64,000 bases of DNA, from NCBI GenBank assembly GCA_963829525.1, contig CAWHIJ010000003.1, positions 992,001-1,056,000 on the forward strand. The letters run 5' to 3'. Source of the stretch: an uncultured Actinomycetota bacterium (GTDB taxonomy: Bacteria > Actinomycetota > Actinomycetes > JAHEKZ01). Both the position numbers and the translations under genes were made by a program. Below are positions 1-9,796 of this stretch, piece by piece. The notes under the pieces are model-generated. The model was given only the letters and a program-made list of their open reading frames with translations. It searched no databases and was not told where the DNA came from. Positions within the stretch are counted from its first letter, which is position 1. Every line of letters starts with the position of its first letter.

Positions 1-1127
1 CTCGCTGCCACCATCCCGGCGACCGCAAGGTAGGGGTTGACGTCTCCGCCGGGAATTCGGTTCTCGACCCGGAGCCCGGCGCCACGACCGACCAGTCGGA
101 GCGCGCACGTCCGGTTGTCGCGTCCCCACTCGATGGAGGTGGGGGCGAAAGAGCCAGGTGCAAAGCGTTTGTAGGAGTTGATGTTCGGTGCGAAGAGCAG
201 GGAGAGCTCGCGCAGATGGGCCAGCTGTCCTGCGATGAACTGGCGTCCGACGTCGGACATCCCGTGTGTGGTGTCAGCAGGGTCGGCCATCACCATGGCG
301 CCGTCGGTTCCGCGGAATGACAGGTGGATGTGGCAGGAGTTTCCCTCACGTTCGTTGTACTTGGCCATGAAGGTGAGGGCGTAGCCATCTTGGGCGGCAA
401 TCTCTTTGGCTGCTGTCTTGTAGACGACGTGGTTGTCGCAGGACTTCAAAGCAGATTCGTACAGGAAGGCGATCTCATGCTGGCCGAGGTTGCACTCGCC
501 CTTGGCGCTTTCGACCTGCAACCCTGACTCCGACATCGCCAGGCGAATCCGGCGCAACAGCGGCTCGACTCGCGAAGTGCCGATGATCGAGTAGTCGACG
601 TTGTAGCTGTTCGATGGGGTGAGGTCTCGGTAGTGGCGCTCCCAAGCGTCCTCGTAGGAGTTGTTGAACAGGATGAACTCGAGCTCGGTGCCGACGAAGG
701 CCTCCATACCGGCGTCAGCGAGCCGGGCAAGCTGCCTCTTCAGCACTTGACGGGGCGAGGCAACCACGTCGGTGCCATCGAGCCACTGGACGTCGGCCTG
801 CACCATGGCGGTCTTGGGATGCCATGGCACGAGTCGAAGCGTGTCCAGGTCATGTGCCATGACGAAGTCGCCGTAGCCGGCATCCCAGCTGGACATCTGG
901 TAGCCGTCGACGGTGTTCATGTCGACGTCGACGGCCAGCAGGTAGTTGCATCCCTCGGTGCCGTGGGCGAGCACGTGGTCGACGAAGTATCGGGCGTCCA
1001 GGCGCTTGCCCTGAAGGCGCCCCTGCATGTCGGTGATCGCAAGGATGACCGTGTCGAAACGGCCGTTGGATACCCCGGTCTTCAGCTCGTCGATGGACAG
1101 CGGCGCGCCGTGCATCTGGTCTGTCAT
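1..1127 (-). CDS. glnA4: Glutamine synthetase-like gamma-glutamyl-amine ligase, GlnA4 type (3' end runs off the window)
   Basis: Not in the ORF track. Manual translation from ATG 1127 gives MTDQMHGAPLSIDELK...ITDMQGRLQGKR...HGTEGCNYLLAVDVDMNTVDGY...GTELEF...ESAKGECNLGQHEI...GNSCHIH...DNRT...ENRIPGGDVNPYLA. This closely resembles Streptomyces GlnA4 as I recall it. Confidence 0.85.
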   Translation of the reverse strand, partial: MTDQMHGAPLSIDELKTGVSNGRFDTVILAITDMQGRLQGKRLDARYFVDHVLAHGTEGCNYLLAVDVDMNTVDGYQMSSWDAGYGDFVMAHDLDTLRLVPWHPKTAMVQADVQWLDGTDVVASPRQVLKRQLARLADAGMEAFVGTELEFILFNNSYEDAWERHYRDLTPSNSYNVDYSIIGTSRVEPLLRRIRLAMSESGLQVESAKGECNLGQHEIAFLYESALKSCDNHVVYKTAAKEIAAQDGYALTFMAKYNEREGNSCHIHLSFRGTDGAMVMADPADTTHGMSDVGRQFIAGQLAHLRELSLLFAPNINSYKRFAPGSFAPTSIEWGRDNRTCALRLVGRGAGLRVENRIPGGDVNPYLAVAGMVAA

Positions 1128-1201
1128 CCCACATCCCTTCGGCTGCACACACCCTGACACGAGCGAGGACGCCCGGAAGGGAGGATGAGCGGGTGTATCG
1201 A

Positions 1202-1243
1202 TCTAGACCGAAAACCTACCTTTCTGATCATTACTGGTCTAGA
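1202..1243. promoter_or_regulatory. Pair of GntR/FadR-like operator boxes in the glnA4/kinase divergent region
   Basis: TCTAGACC (1202-1209) and its reverse complement GGTCTAGA (1236-1243) resemble the FadR-family TGGTCTAGACCA palindrome. Confidence 0.45.
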
Positions 1244-1271
1244 GTCCGGGGCCATCGCACTGGGAGGGTGT

Positions 1272-2201
1272 GTGGCGGTCTTGACAGAGGATGGCGTCAG
1301 CGCTGAGTTACTGGCGCGCCTTGACGCAGTCCCAGAGTTGGCAGACCGATCCGACGTCGTCGTGCTCTCCGGTGGGTTGACCAACCAGAACCTCAAGGTG
1401 ACGACGCCGGTTGGCGTCTACGTGGCGCGGCTGTCGACTCCCGAGAGCTCGCTCCTGGCCATCGACCGCGCCCATGAGCACGTGAACTCGGTGGCCGCCG
1501 CTCAGTCGGGGGCTGCGCCATCGGTGGTTGCCTATGTGGCGGAAGCGAGCATCCTCGTCGTCGACTACGTCGACGGTCGGACGTGGGACAGCGTCGACAT
1601 CCTGGTGCCCGCCAACGCTGGCCGAATCGCAGAGGTGTGCCATTTGCTGCACGCTGGCCCGGCCTTCGGAAACGACTTCAACATGCTTTTGCTCCAGCGC
1701 CACTACCTGACGATCGTCCAGGAGCGCGACCTTCGGCTCCCCGATCGGTACTTGGAATTCGCGGGGCATGCGCAGGCGATCGAGCAAGCTCTCGCGACGC
1801 GCCCGGTGGCTGCGGCACCCTGCAACAACGACCTGCTCGCCGCCAACTTCATCGATACCGGCGACCGGGTGTGGCTCATCGACTACGAGTACTCCGGGAA
1901 CAACGATCCGTTCTTCGAGATCGGCAACATCTGGAGCGAGGCCTCAGGGACGCCGGACGATCTCGCCCGGCTGGTGACCGCCTACGCGGGGCGACGTTCC
2001 CGCGCCTTGACGGCTCGTGCCTGGTTGTGGGGGTTGATGAGCAAGTACGGATGGACGCTCTGGGCGTCGATTCAGGACGGAACGAGCGAACTTGAGTTCG
2101 ATTTCTGGGCGTGGGGGATGGAGAAGTACGAGCGCGTGATCGCCGAGTTCGATTCAGCAGATTTCGGCCGTGCGTTGGAGGAGGTGCGCCAGAGCGACTG
2201 A
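1272..2201 (+). CDS. Choline/ethanolamine kinase family phosphotransferase
   Basis: LSGGLTNQN N-terminal motif, CNNDLLAANFI Brenner motif and LIDYEYSG. Start uncertain (GTG 1272 or TTG 1281, after GGAGGG). Confidence 0.85.
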   Translation: MAVLTEDGVSAELLARLDAVPELADRSDVVVLSGGLTNQNLKVTTPVGVYVARLSTPESSLLAIDRAHEHVNSVAAAQSGAAPSVVAYVAEASILVVDYVDGRTWDSVDILVPANAGRIAEVCHLLHAGPAFGNDFNMLLLQRHYLTIVQERDLRLPDRYLEFAGHAQAIEQALATRPVAAAPCNNDLLAANFIDTGDRVWLIDYEYSGNNDPFFEIGNIWSEASGTPDDLARLVTAYAGRRSRALTARAWLWGLMSKYGWTLWASIQDGTSELEFDFWAWGMEKYERVIAEFDSADFGRALEEVRQSD

Positions 2202-2324
2202 CGTGTGGTGGAGAAACCGGTTCCGCGTGTCGCAAGACGAGAACCGTCTCCAGTGCCACACTGCGACCAAGGTCACGGCGCCGCCGTGGCTGACGCTGGG
2301 GGTTTCGGAAAGAGGAGTCACCAG

Positions 2325-4022
2325 ATGGCGGACATTTCAAGGTTGACCGATGACGAACAGAAGCTCGCAGATCTCGGATACAAGCAAGAGCTGAGCCGCT
2401 CTTGGTCGGGCTTCTCAAACTTCGCCATCTCGTTCTCGATCATTTCGATCCTGGCCGGCTGTTTCACCACATTCTACTTCGGGTGGAACAACGGTGGGCC
2501 TATTGCAATAGCGCTCGGTTGGCCACTGATCTCGGCATTCATCCTGATCATCGGCTTCTGCCTGTCGGAGATGGTCTCGGCCTACCCGACGTCCGGAGGG
2601 ATCTACTGGTGGGCCTCCAAGCTCGGCAGCGTCAAGGCTGGCTACTACACCGGCTGGCTCAACCTGGTCGGGCTGATTGCGATCGTTGCCTCGGTGGCCT
2701 ACGGCACCGCCACGTTCATGGACTACTCGTTGTCGAGGTTCAGCGACTCGTGGGCCGAGGGGTACGACCTCACCCGAGTCTTCTACATGTTCCTCGGAGT
2801 CTTGGTCTTCGTCTCGCTGGTCAATATCTTCTCGAGCCACCTGCTTGCGGTCTTCAACAACATCTCGGTGTGGTGGCACGTCATCGGAGCCAGCGTCGTT
2901 GTCATCATCCTCTGGCTCTTCCTGCAGGATGGCGCCAGTCACTGGAACGTCAGCGATGTCTTCACCGGAACGGTTAACAACACCGGTGGGCTCTACGAGG
3001 GGTCGACCAGCAACTTGGGCTTCTGGTTCTACGTCCTGCCGCTCGGGTTCCTGCTGACTCAGTACACGATCACCGGTTATGACGCTTCGGCCCACTTGTC
3101 CGAAGAGACCCACGGCGCTGCGGATGCGGCCGCCAAGGGCATCTGGCGGTCGATCTTCTACTCAGCGATCGGTGGCTGGATCCTGCTGCTGTCGTTCCTG
3201 TTCGCGGTGCAGGATGCGGACGCTGTCACCGCTGGAGGCGGAGGGGTCCAGGTCATCTTCGACCAGGCACTGTCGCCGACGATGTCGGGGCTAGTGCTGC
3301 TCATCGCGACGATCGGCCAGCTCTTCTGCACGACTGCCTGCCTCACGTCGGCTTCGCGCATGCTCTTCGCATTCAGCCGCGACGGTGCTGTGCCGGGTGC
3401 GAAGTACTGGTCGAAACTGAACGGCCAGAAGACTCCGGTGTACGCGGTGCTGGCAGTGGCGGTCTCCGGGCTGATCCTGACCCTTCCCGCCCTGTGGGAG
3501 GTCAACATCGGAACAGCGGAGGAGCCGATCATCACGGTGACCGCGTTCTTCGCCGTCGTCTCGATCGGGGTGCTCGGCCTCTATCTCGCCTTCGCGATTC
3601 CGATCTTCTACCGGTGGCGTGCTGGCGCCTCGTTCAAGCAGGGATCGTGGAACCTGGGGAACAAGTGGAAGTGGATGGCGCCGATTGCCATCGCCGAGAT
3701 CCTGATCACCTCGGTCTACTTCATCCTGCCGCTCTACCCTGCTGGAGCGCCAGGGTTCCTCCGAGGCTTCCTTGGGGCTCCCGGGACCGACGAGGTCCCG
3801 TTCGACTGGAAGTTCGTCAACTACGCGCCGCTGGTGCTCGGGGCCATCTTCCTCCTGCTCTGGATCGGCTGGCATGTATCGGCCAAGCACTGGTTCACCG
3901 GGCCCAAGCACACGATCGACCTGCCTGCCGGTGTGACGAGTGCAGACGAGCTGGCCCTCGAGCACGAGCACGACGGGTTCCTCACTGGGGAGCACCAGAA
4001 GCACCATCCGGACGACAAGTAG
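2325..4022 (+). CDS. APC-family amino acid/amine permease
   Basis: LGYKQELSR..FSNFAISFSIIS, PTSGGIYWW and GYDASAHLSEET motifs; about 12 TM segments; RBS GAGGAG before ATG 2325. Confidence 0.9.
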   Translation: MADISRLTDDEQKLADLGYKQELSRSWSGFSNFAISFSIISILAGCFTTFYFGWNNGGPIAIALGWPLISAFILIIGFCLSEMVSAYPTSGGIYWWASKLGSVKAGYYTGWLNLVGLIAIVASVAYGTATFMDYSLSRFSDSWAEGYDLTRVFYMFLGVLVFVSLVNIFSSHLLAVFNNISVWWHVIGASVVVIILWLFLQDGASHWNVSDVFTGTVNNTGGLYEGSTSNLGFWFYVLPLGFLLTQYTITGYDASAHLSEETHGAADAAAKGIWRSIFYSAIGGWILLLSFLFAVQDADAVTAGGGGVQVIFDQALSPTMSGLVLLIATIGQLFCTTACLTSASRMLFAFSRDGAVPGAKYWSKLNGQKTPVYAVLAVAVSGLILTLPALWEVNIGTAEEPIITVTAFFAVVSIGVLGLYLAFAIPIFYRWRAGASFKQGSWNLGNKWKWMAPIAIAEILITSVYFILPLYPAGAPGFLRGFLGAPGTDEVPFDWKFVNYAPLVLGAIFLLLWIGWHVSAKHWFTGPKHTIDLPAGVTSADELALEHEHDGFLTGEHQKHHPDDK

Positions 4023-4034
4023 TCCTGTTCTGAC

Positions 4035-4072
4035 CAGAGGGAGGGTGGCCCGGAAGGGTCGCCCTCCCTCTG
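4035..4072 (+). terminator. Intrinsic terminator-like hairpin after the permease
   Basis: CAGAGGGAGGGTGGCCC-GGAA-GGGTCGCCCTCCCTCTG just after stop 4022. Confidence 0.75.
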
Positions 4073-4100
4073 TCGTTCCGTTCGCAGCTACCTTTGAGGC

Positions 4101-4778
4101 ATGGGTCGTCCTACGCGCTGGGTCACTGACACCGACGAAAATCACTCTCAGTGGTACATCGAGCGTTTCCGCGGGATGGAGACCGAGGGTGTCGACCTGG
4201 GCGGCGAAGCCCGCCTACTGGACGCGATGCTCCCGCCGCGGTCGCGAATCCTCGATGCCGGTTGCGGACCCGGTCGAGTCGGGGCACGGCTGCACCAGCG
4301 TGGCCATGACGTGGTCGGGGTCGACGCCGATCCTGAGCTGATCGCCGCCGCCCGCGAGGATCACCCTGGCCCGCAGTGGCTGGTCGCCGATCTTGCCGAG
4401 CTCGACCTCGCCCGACATGGTGTCATCGAGCCATTCGCCGGTGCGGTATTGGCGGGAAACGTAATGGCTTTCGTTGCTCCGGGCACAGAGTCGGACGTCC
4501 TCACCGCGATCGCCGCTCACCTCGCCCCCGACGGCATCCTCGTCGTGGGTTTTGGCGCCGATCGTGGCTACGCACTGGACGACTTCGACCGGCACGCAGG
4601 ATCAGCTGGTCTTCGCATGGAGCACCGGTTCGCCACCTGGGATCTACGTCCGTGGCAGCAGTCCTCCGACTTCGCGGTCACGGTGCTTCGGGCCCGCATC
4701 CATGAGACGGTGGCGCCTGAATCGACCCCGGGAGTGAACGATGAACAAGGCTTTCCGCAAGTACCTGACCGACGCTGA
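4101..4778 (+). CDS. Class I SAM-dependent methyltransferase
   Basis: ILDAGCGPG motif I and VGVDAD. TACCTT lies 6 nt upstream of the ATG, suggesting a leaderless transcript. Confidence 0.85.
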   Translation: MGRPTRWVTDTDENHSQWYIERFRGMETEGVDLGGEARLLDAMLPPRSRILDAGCGPGRVGARLHQRGHDVVGVDADPELIAAAREDHPGPQWLVADLAELDLARHGVIEPFAGAVLAGNVMAFVAPGTESDVLTAIAAHLAPDGILVVGFGADRGYALDDFDRHAGSAGLRMEHRFATWDLRPWQQSSDFAVTVLRARIHETVAPESTPGVNDEQGFPQVPDRR

Positions 4779-5235
4779 GGTCCAGCTGATCGAGGAGACC
4801 AAGCCGGCAGCTCTGGCCGAGCTCGACGAGGATGAGCTCGGAGACCTGCACGATCGTGTTCGGCGGGCCAGCAGTAAATACCGCAAGTTGCACCGAAGGC
4901 AGGCAAGTGCTCAGGTGCGGAGCGACCGTGGCAGGGGAAAGGCGGCTGCCAAGAACCCGAGGTCGGCGGTTAAGGCGGAAGTCTTCGAGGACGCACTGGC
5001 GCGGGTGAGTCGAGCCCTGAGCAAGGCGGCGAAGGCGTCAGCCGCCGAGCTGAAAGCAAAGCGTTTGGCGGCTGCAAAGGCCGGTTCTGCAGGGCCCAAG
5101 AAGGCTCCGGCCCCAGGTCAGGGACCTGGTAGTGGCCGCACCGCTGCGAAGAGGCGGTCGCCCGTCGTGAAGAAGAAGAATGCCGCCACTCTCGCAGCCG
5201 GCTCTCGGAGGCAGGCCAAGCGCGACGCCCGTTAG
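4741..5235 (+). CDS. Hypothetical Lys/Ala/Arg-rich basic protein
   Basis: 164-aa ORF with GGGAG RBS and host-like codon usage; highly basic C-terminal half. Confidence 0.7.
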   Translation: MNKAFRKYLTDAEVQLIEETKPAALAELDEDELGDLHDRVRRASSKYRKLHRRQASAQVRSDRGRGKAAAKNPRSAVKAEVFEDALARVSRALSKAAKASAAELKAKRLAAAKAGSAGPKKAPAPGQGPGSGRTAAKRRSPVVKKKNAATLAAGSRRQAKRDAR

Positions 5236-5445
5236 GCGAGCCTCACTTGGTTGGCTAGGACTCGTGTGTCTCGAACCGGTGACGACGGGTTGCGACTTCG
5301 TAACGTCATGGCGTGGGGTAGGTCCCTACCACGACCCACCGCTGTTATGGTGCGGGCGACTGAGTAGGTCTATCCAGGCCGCACAGTCGCTGGATCAGGG
5401 ACCCTGAGCCGGCGTAGGTACCCCCATCGATCAGGGAGAGATGCA

Positions 5446-7143
5446 GTGGGAAGCACGCGTAAGAAAGCGTCGGCGTGGGCCGTCCTAGTCGGAGCATCGC
5501 TGGTTCTTGCAGCGTGCACAGGCGGGGGATCAAGCGACAACAACGCCGACACGTCCAACGCCCCCGTCAAGTTCACGTATGCCTACGAGCAGGAGTGGCA
5601 GGCATACAACACCGGCACTGCTGCGACGAATGCCAGCCAGAACGCCATCCCGATGAACCGAGTTACCCTTGGCTTTTGGTACTTCGCTCCCGATGGTTCC
5701 GTCGCTCCTGAGACCGATTTCGGTACCTACGAGAAGGTCAGTGACGACCCCCTGACCATCAACTACTCCTTCGCTGACGACGCGGTGTGGAGCGATGGTG
5801 AGCCGATCGACTGTGACGACGCTTACCTCGCCTGGTACGCCAACAGCGGCAAGACCAAGACCTTCAAGACCATCAGCACAGACGGTTACGAAGACATCAA
5901 GACCGTCCAGTGCGCCGACGGCGACAAAGACTTCACGGTCGTGTACGACAAGCCATACGCCGACTGGGTCGCCAACTTCGGTTCGATGCTCCCGGCACAC
6001 GTAGTCGAGAAGCAGGCCGGCATTGACGACCTGATCAAGGCAATCGATGACAACGACCCCAAGCTGGATGCCGCAGGTGACTTCTGGACCAAGGGCTGGG
6101 TCTTCAAGCCCGGTGAGCTGCCGGACCCGTCACTCATCCCGTCGTCCGGGCCATACAAGCTCTCCAAGTGGGAATCGGGCAACAGCCTGACGCTCGCGGC
6201 GAATGAGAACTTCTACGGCGACGCCCCGCTGGCGGACACGGTTGTCATCCGCTTCATTGCCGCCACGTCACAGGCTCAGGCCTTGGAGAATGGCGAGATC
6301 CAGGCGATGGATCCGCAACCGAACCCTGACCTGCAAAAGCAGCTCCAGCAGCTTGGCGACTCGATTGTCTTTGAGACGAAGGACCAGTTCACCTGGGAGC
6401 ACTACGACTTCAACTTCAAGGGTGCGTTCGGCGACAAGGCACTCCGCGAAGCGTTCGCGCTCTGCCTTCCCCGACAGACCATCGTCGACAACTTGATCAA
6501 GCCGGACAATCCCGACGCGATCGTGTTGAACTCGCGCTACTTCCTCCCGTTCCAGCCCGATTACCAAGAAGTAGCTGACGCGATCACTCCGGCGGAATAC
6601 GCCACGCAGGACATCGCAAAGGCCAAGCAGATCCTTGAAGATGCCAACGCGGTAGGGACCCAGCTTCGACTCGGTTACATCTTGCCGAATGACCGGCGTG
6701 CAGCTGAGGCACAGCTGGTCGTGGATGCATGTGGTCCGAAGGGCGCTGGCTTCGACGTGGTGGACGAGGGAGATAAGACCTTCTTCAACGCCGATGGAGC
6801 TCTTGTCACCGGCAACTTCGACGTTGCCCTGTTCGCCTGGGCCGGTTCCCCGCTGGTGACCGGTTCGTCATCCATCTACGTGACCGACGGTGGAAGCAAC
6901 TACGGCAAGTACTCGAACAAGAAGGTCGACGAGTTGATCAACACGCTCAACCAGACCTCCGACCCCGAGGCACAGAAGCAGATCATCATCGAGATGGAAA
7001 CCATCCTCTGGGACGATCTGGCCACTATCCCCGTGTTCGCATTCCCCGGCATTGTCGCCTATCAGGCCAATGCCCAGGGTGTGGAGTACAACGCCACGCA
7101 GGCTGGTCTGACCTGGAACATGCAGGACTGGACCATCTCCTAA
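5446..7143 (+). CDS. oppA: Peptide ABC transporter substrate-binding lipoprotein (SBP family 5)
   Basis: Lipobox LVLAAC; family-5 motifs WSDGEPI..DD and SSGPYKL; followed by permeases and ATPases. Confidence 0.9.
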   Translation: MGSTRKKASAWAVLVGASLVLAACTGGGSSDNNADTSNAPVKFTYAYEQEWQAYNTGTAATNASQNAIPMNRVTLGFWYFAPDGSVAPETDFGTYEKVSDDPLTINYSFADDAVWSDGEPIDCDDAYLAWYANSGKTKTFKTISTDGYEDIKTVQCADGDKDFTVVYDKPYADWVANFGSMLPAHVVEKQAGIDDLIKAIDDNDPKLDAAGDFWTKGWVFKPGELPDPSLIPSSGPYKLSKWESGNSLTLAANENFYGDAPLADTVVIRFIAATSQAQALENGEIQAMDPQPNPDLQKQLQQLGDSIVFETKDQFTWEHYDFNFKGAFGDKALREAFALCLPRQTIVDNLIKPDNPDAIVLNSRYFLPFQPDYQEVADAITPAEYATQDIAKAKQILEDANAVGTQLRLGYILPNDRRAAEAQLVVDACGPKGAGFDVVDEGDKTFFNADGALVTGNFDVALFAWAGSPLVTGSSSIYVTDGGSNYGKYSNKKVDELINTLNQTSDPEAQKQIIIEMETILWDDLATIPVFAFPGIVAYQANAQGVEYNATQAGLTWNMQDWTIS

Positions 7144-7154
7144 AGTTGTGACGC

Positions 7155-7192
7155 GGCGGGTGGTGGTGTCGATTCCGACGCCACCACCCGCC
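7155..7192 (+). terminator. Intergenic stem-loop after oppA (terminator or mRNA stabiliser)
   Basis: GGCGGGTGGTGGTGTCG-ATTC-CGACGCCACCACCCGCC. Confidence 0.7.
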
Positions 7193-7246
7193 AATCAACG
7201 TCTAGCAGGACCGGCAACGCCGGTACCTAACTAGGGAGGGAGCCGA

Positions 7247-8780
7247 GTGGCTGCGTACATCATCCGTCGGGTTTTGGCGTCCCTGTTGATCCTGTTGGCC
7301 GCGACGTTCTTAATGTTCGCTTTGGTCAGTCTGAGCGGCGACCCGTTGGCTGAGTTCGTCAACAACCCCGATCCGGACCAGAAGGCTCTCCTGATCCAGG
7401 CACGGACCGAGGCGCTCAACCTCGACAAGCCGTTCCTCGTCCAGTACCTCCTGTGGCTCGGCGGTGCGGTGGGCTGCATCGTCCCCGGGATGGGGTGTGA
7501 CTTAGGCGTCAACCTCAGCAACCAGCCGGTGACGTCGCTTCTCTCCGATGCATTCCCCACGACGCTGCAGCTCGTCTTGGCCGCAACGGTGTTGTCGATC
7601 GTGTTGGGTGTCGCAATCGGAATCATCTCGGCGATCCGCCAGTACAGCGCTTTCGACTACACCATCACCTTCGCGGCATTCCTCTTCTTCTCGCTCCCGA
7701 TCTTTTGGGTCGCAGTGCTGCTGAAGGAGTTCGGCGCCATCAAGATCAACAACTGGTTGGCCGGATCCGGCCGTCACCATCCCAGTGGCGCTGGTGATGG
7801 CCGGGTTTAGCGCACTCTTCTTCAGCGCCATCATTGGTGGCACCCGAAAACGGCGAACCCTGGTAGCGCTCGCGGCCGCAGTGGGGGGCGTTGCCGTGTT
7901 TGCTCTCCTCGTCACTTCTGGGTGGTTCGTAAACCCGGGTATGGGCCCTGGCCTTGTCACGCTGGGAGCTCTGGCGGGCGCAGTGGGAGCGACACTTCTG
8001 TTCACCAACCTGGAGAACCGCCGGGTCTTGTTCATCTCGCTGGCCACTGCTGTCGTAGGCGTTGTGATCGCCTATAGCGCGACTCCCTTGCTTGAGGACC
8101 CTTCTTGGTTCACTTTGTTTGGGCTCGGCGTTGTCGCGACCCTTGTTGGTGTCGGTATTGCAGCGCTCTTCGGTGACATCGATCGAGCAGCAGCGATCAG
8201 GGCGTCGGTTGTTACCTCTGTCATTGTTGGGCTTCTTGTCTTCATGGACAAGACGATCTCGAGCTTTGCGGCTTACTCAGCGTCTGTGAACGGACGCCCA
8301 ATCGCCACGGTCGGAAGCAAGACCCCGAACTTCGAGGGAACCTTCTGGGAGACGACCCTCGACACCATGACGCACCTGGCACTGCCGACGATCGCGATCA
8401 TGTTGATTTCTTTTGCGGGTTACAGTCGCTACTCGCGAGCCTCGATGCTCGAGGTGATGAATGCCGACTACGTACGTACGGCGCGTGCCAAGGGCTTGAC
8501 CGAGCGGACCGTGGTGCTGCGCCACGCTTTCCGCAACGCCCTGATCCCCATCGCAACGCTGGCGGCGCTCGATTTCGGTGCCGTCATCGGTGGCGCGATC
8601 ATCACCGAGACGGTCTTCGGGTGGAAGGGTATGGGCGTGCTCTTTACTTCGGCGGTGGGCAACTTCGACACCTACCAGATCATGGGGGTCTTCATCGTGA
8701 CCGCAATTGCGGTGCTGATCTTCAACCTGATCGCCGACATCAGTTACGCCGTGCTCGACCCAAGAATCAGGCTCTCATGA
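7247..8780 (+). CDS. oppB: Peptide ABC permease OppB with extra TM segments; split by a +1 frameshift near 7763
   Basis: ORF 7247-7810 has the OppB N-terminus; ORF 7785-8780 has the EAA loop (DYVRTARAKGL). Deleting one G in GCCGGATCCG joins them as NWLADPAVTIPVALV. Confidence 0.85.
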
Positions 8781-8808
8781 GAGCGCAGCGAGCCCTGGGG
8801 GTACACCA

Positions 8809-9796
8809 ATGAGCTTGTCCAACTTGCGTCTTGAGCCTGAGACTCAAAGCTGACACCCCCGAGCGCGAGTTCACCATCAAAGCGCGCACCCAAGGCCAGA
8901 TGGTTCGCGCTCGGTTCTTCCGCCACCGCGGCGCAATGATCGGCTTCGGCGCGATTATGTTCGTTGTGATCATCGCTTATACATCGATTGGGTTCGGGCC
9001 GATCCCGGGATGGTGGGGCCTCGACTTTTCGTCGACGGGCGAATTGGTGAATGAAGGAAGGCCGACCCTTGACTTGATTCCTTTCGTCGATGGTGATGGT
9101 CTCACCATTGGCGCCCACCCCTTCGGACAAGACACGATCGGTCGTGACTACTTCGCCCTGACGATGCGAGGGACGCAGATCTCGCTGATGGTTGCTTTCG
9201 TTATTGGCATCCTTTCAACATTTCTGGGCACGGTGGCCGGAGCGATCTCTGGGTACTACGGCGGCAAGTCTGAGGCGGTGATCATGCGGTTTACCGACCT
9301 CCTGCTCACCATCCCGGTGCTGATCGTTGCGGCGGTAGTCGGGCAGGGATTCGGCGACAGCGGTCCGTTCTTCCTTGCGGTTGTTCTGTCCCTTCTGATC
9401 TGGACGTATCTGGCCAGATTGGTTCGGGGTGAGTTCTTGTCGCTGCGTGAGAAGGAGTTCGTCGAGGCGGCGCGAGCCATGGGGGCGTCATCGACCCGCA
9501 TCATTTTCAGACACATGCTGCCGAACTGCATCGGTACCATCATCGTCAGCGCGACATTGACGATCGCTGCTGCCATTCTGATCGAAGCGGCACTCAGCTA
9601 CCTCGGGTTCGGCGTTCAGTCTCCCGATACGTCTCTAGGACTGCTCATCTCGACGTACCAGACCGCCTTCAGTACCCGACCGTGGCTCTTCTGGTGGCCA
9701 GGTCTTTTCATCATCACCATCGCGCTCTCGGTCAACTTCATCGGAGATGGACTACGCGACGCCTTCGACCCCAGGCAGACCAGGGTGCGTGCTTGA
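8809..9796 (+). CDS. oppC: Peptide ABC permease OppC; probable +1 frameshift at 8846-8848
   Basis: HPFGQDTIGRD and EFVEAARAMGAS motifs. ATG 8809 with a GGGGG RBS joins the frame if one A of CAAAGC is removed. Confidence 0.88.
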
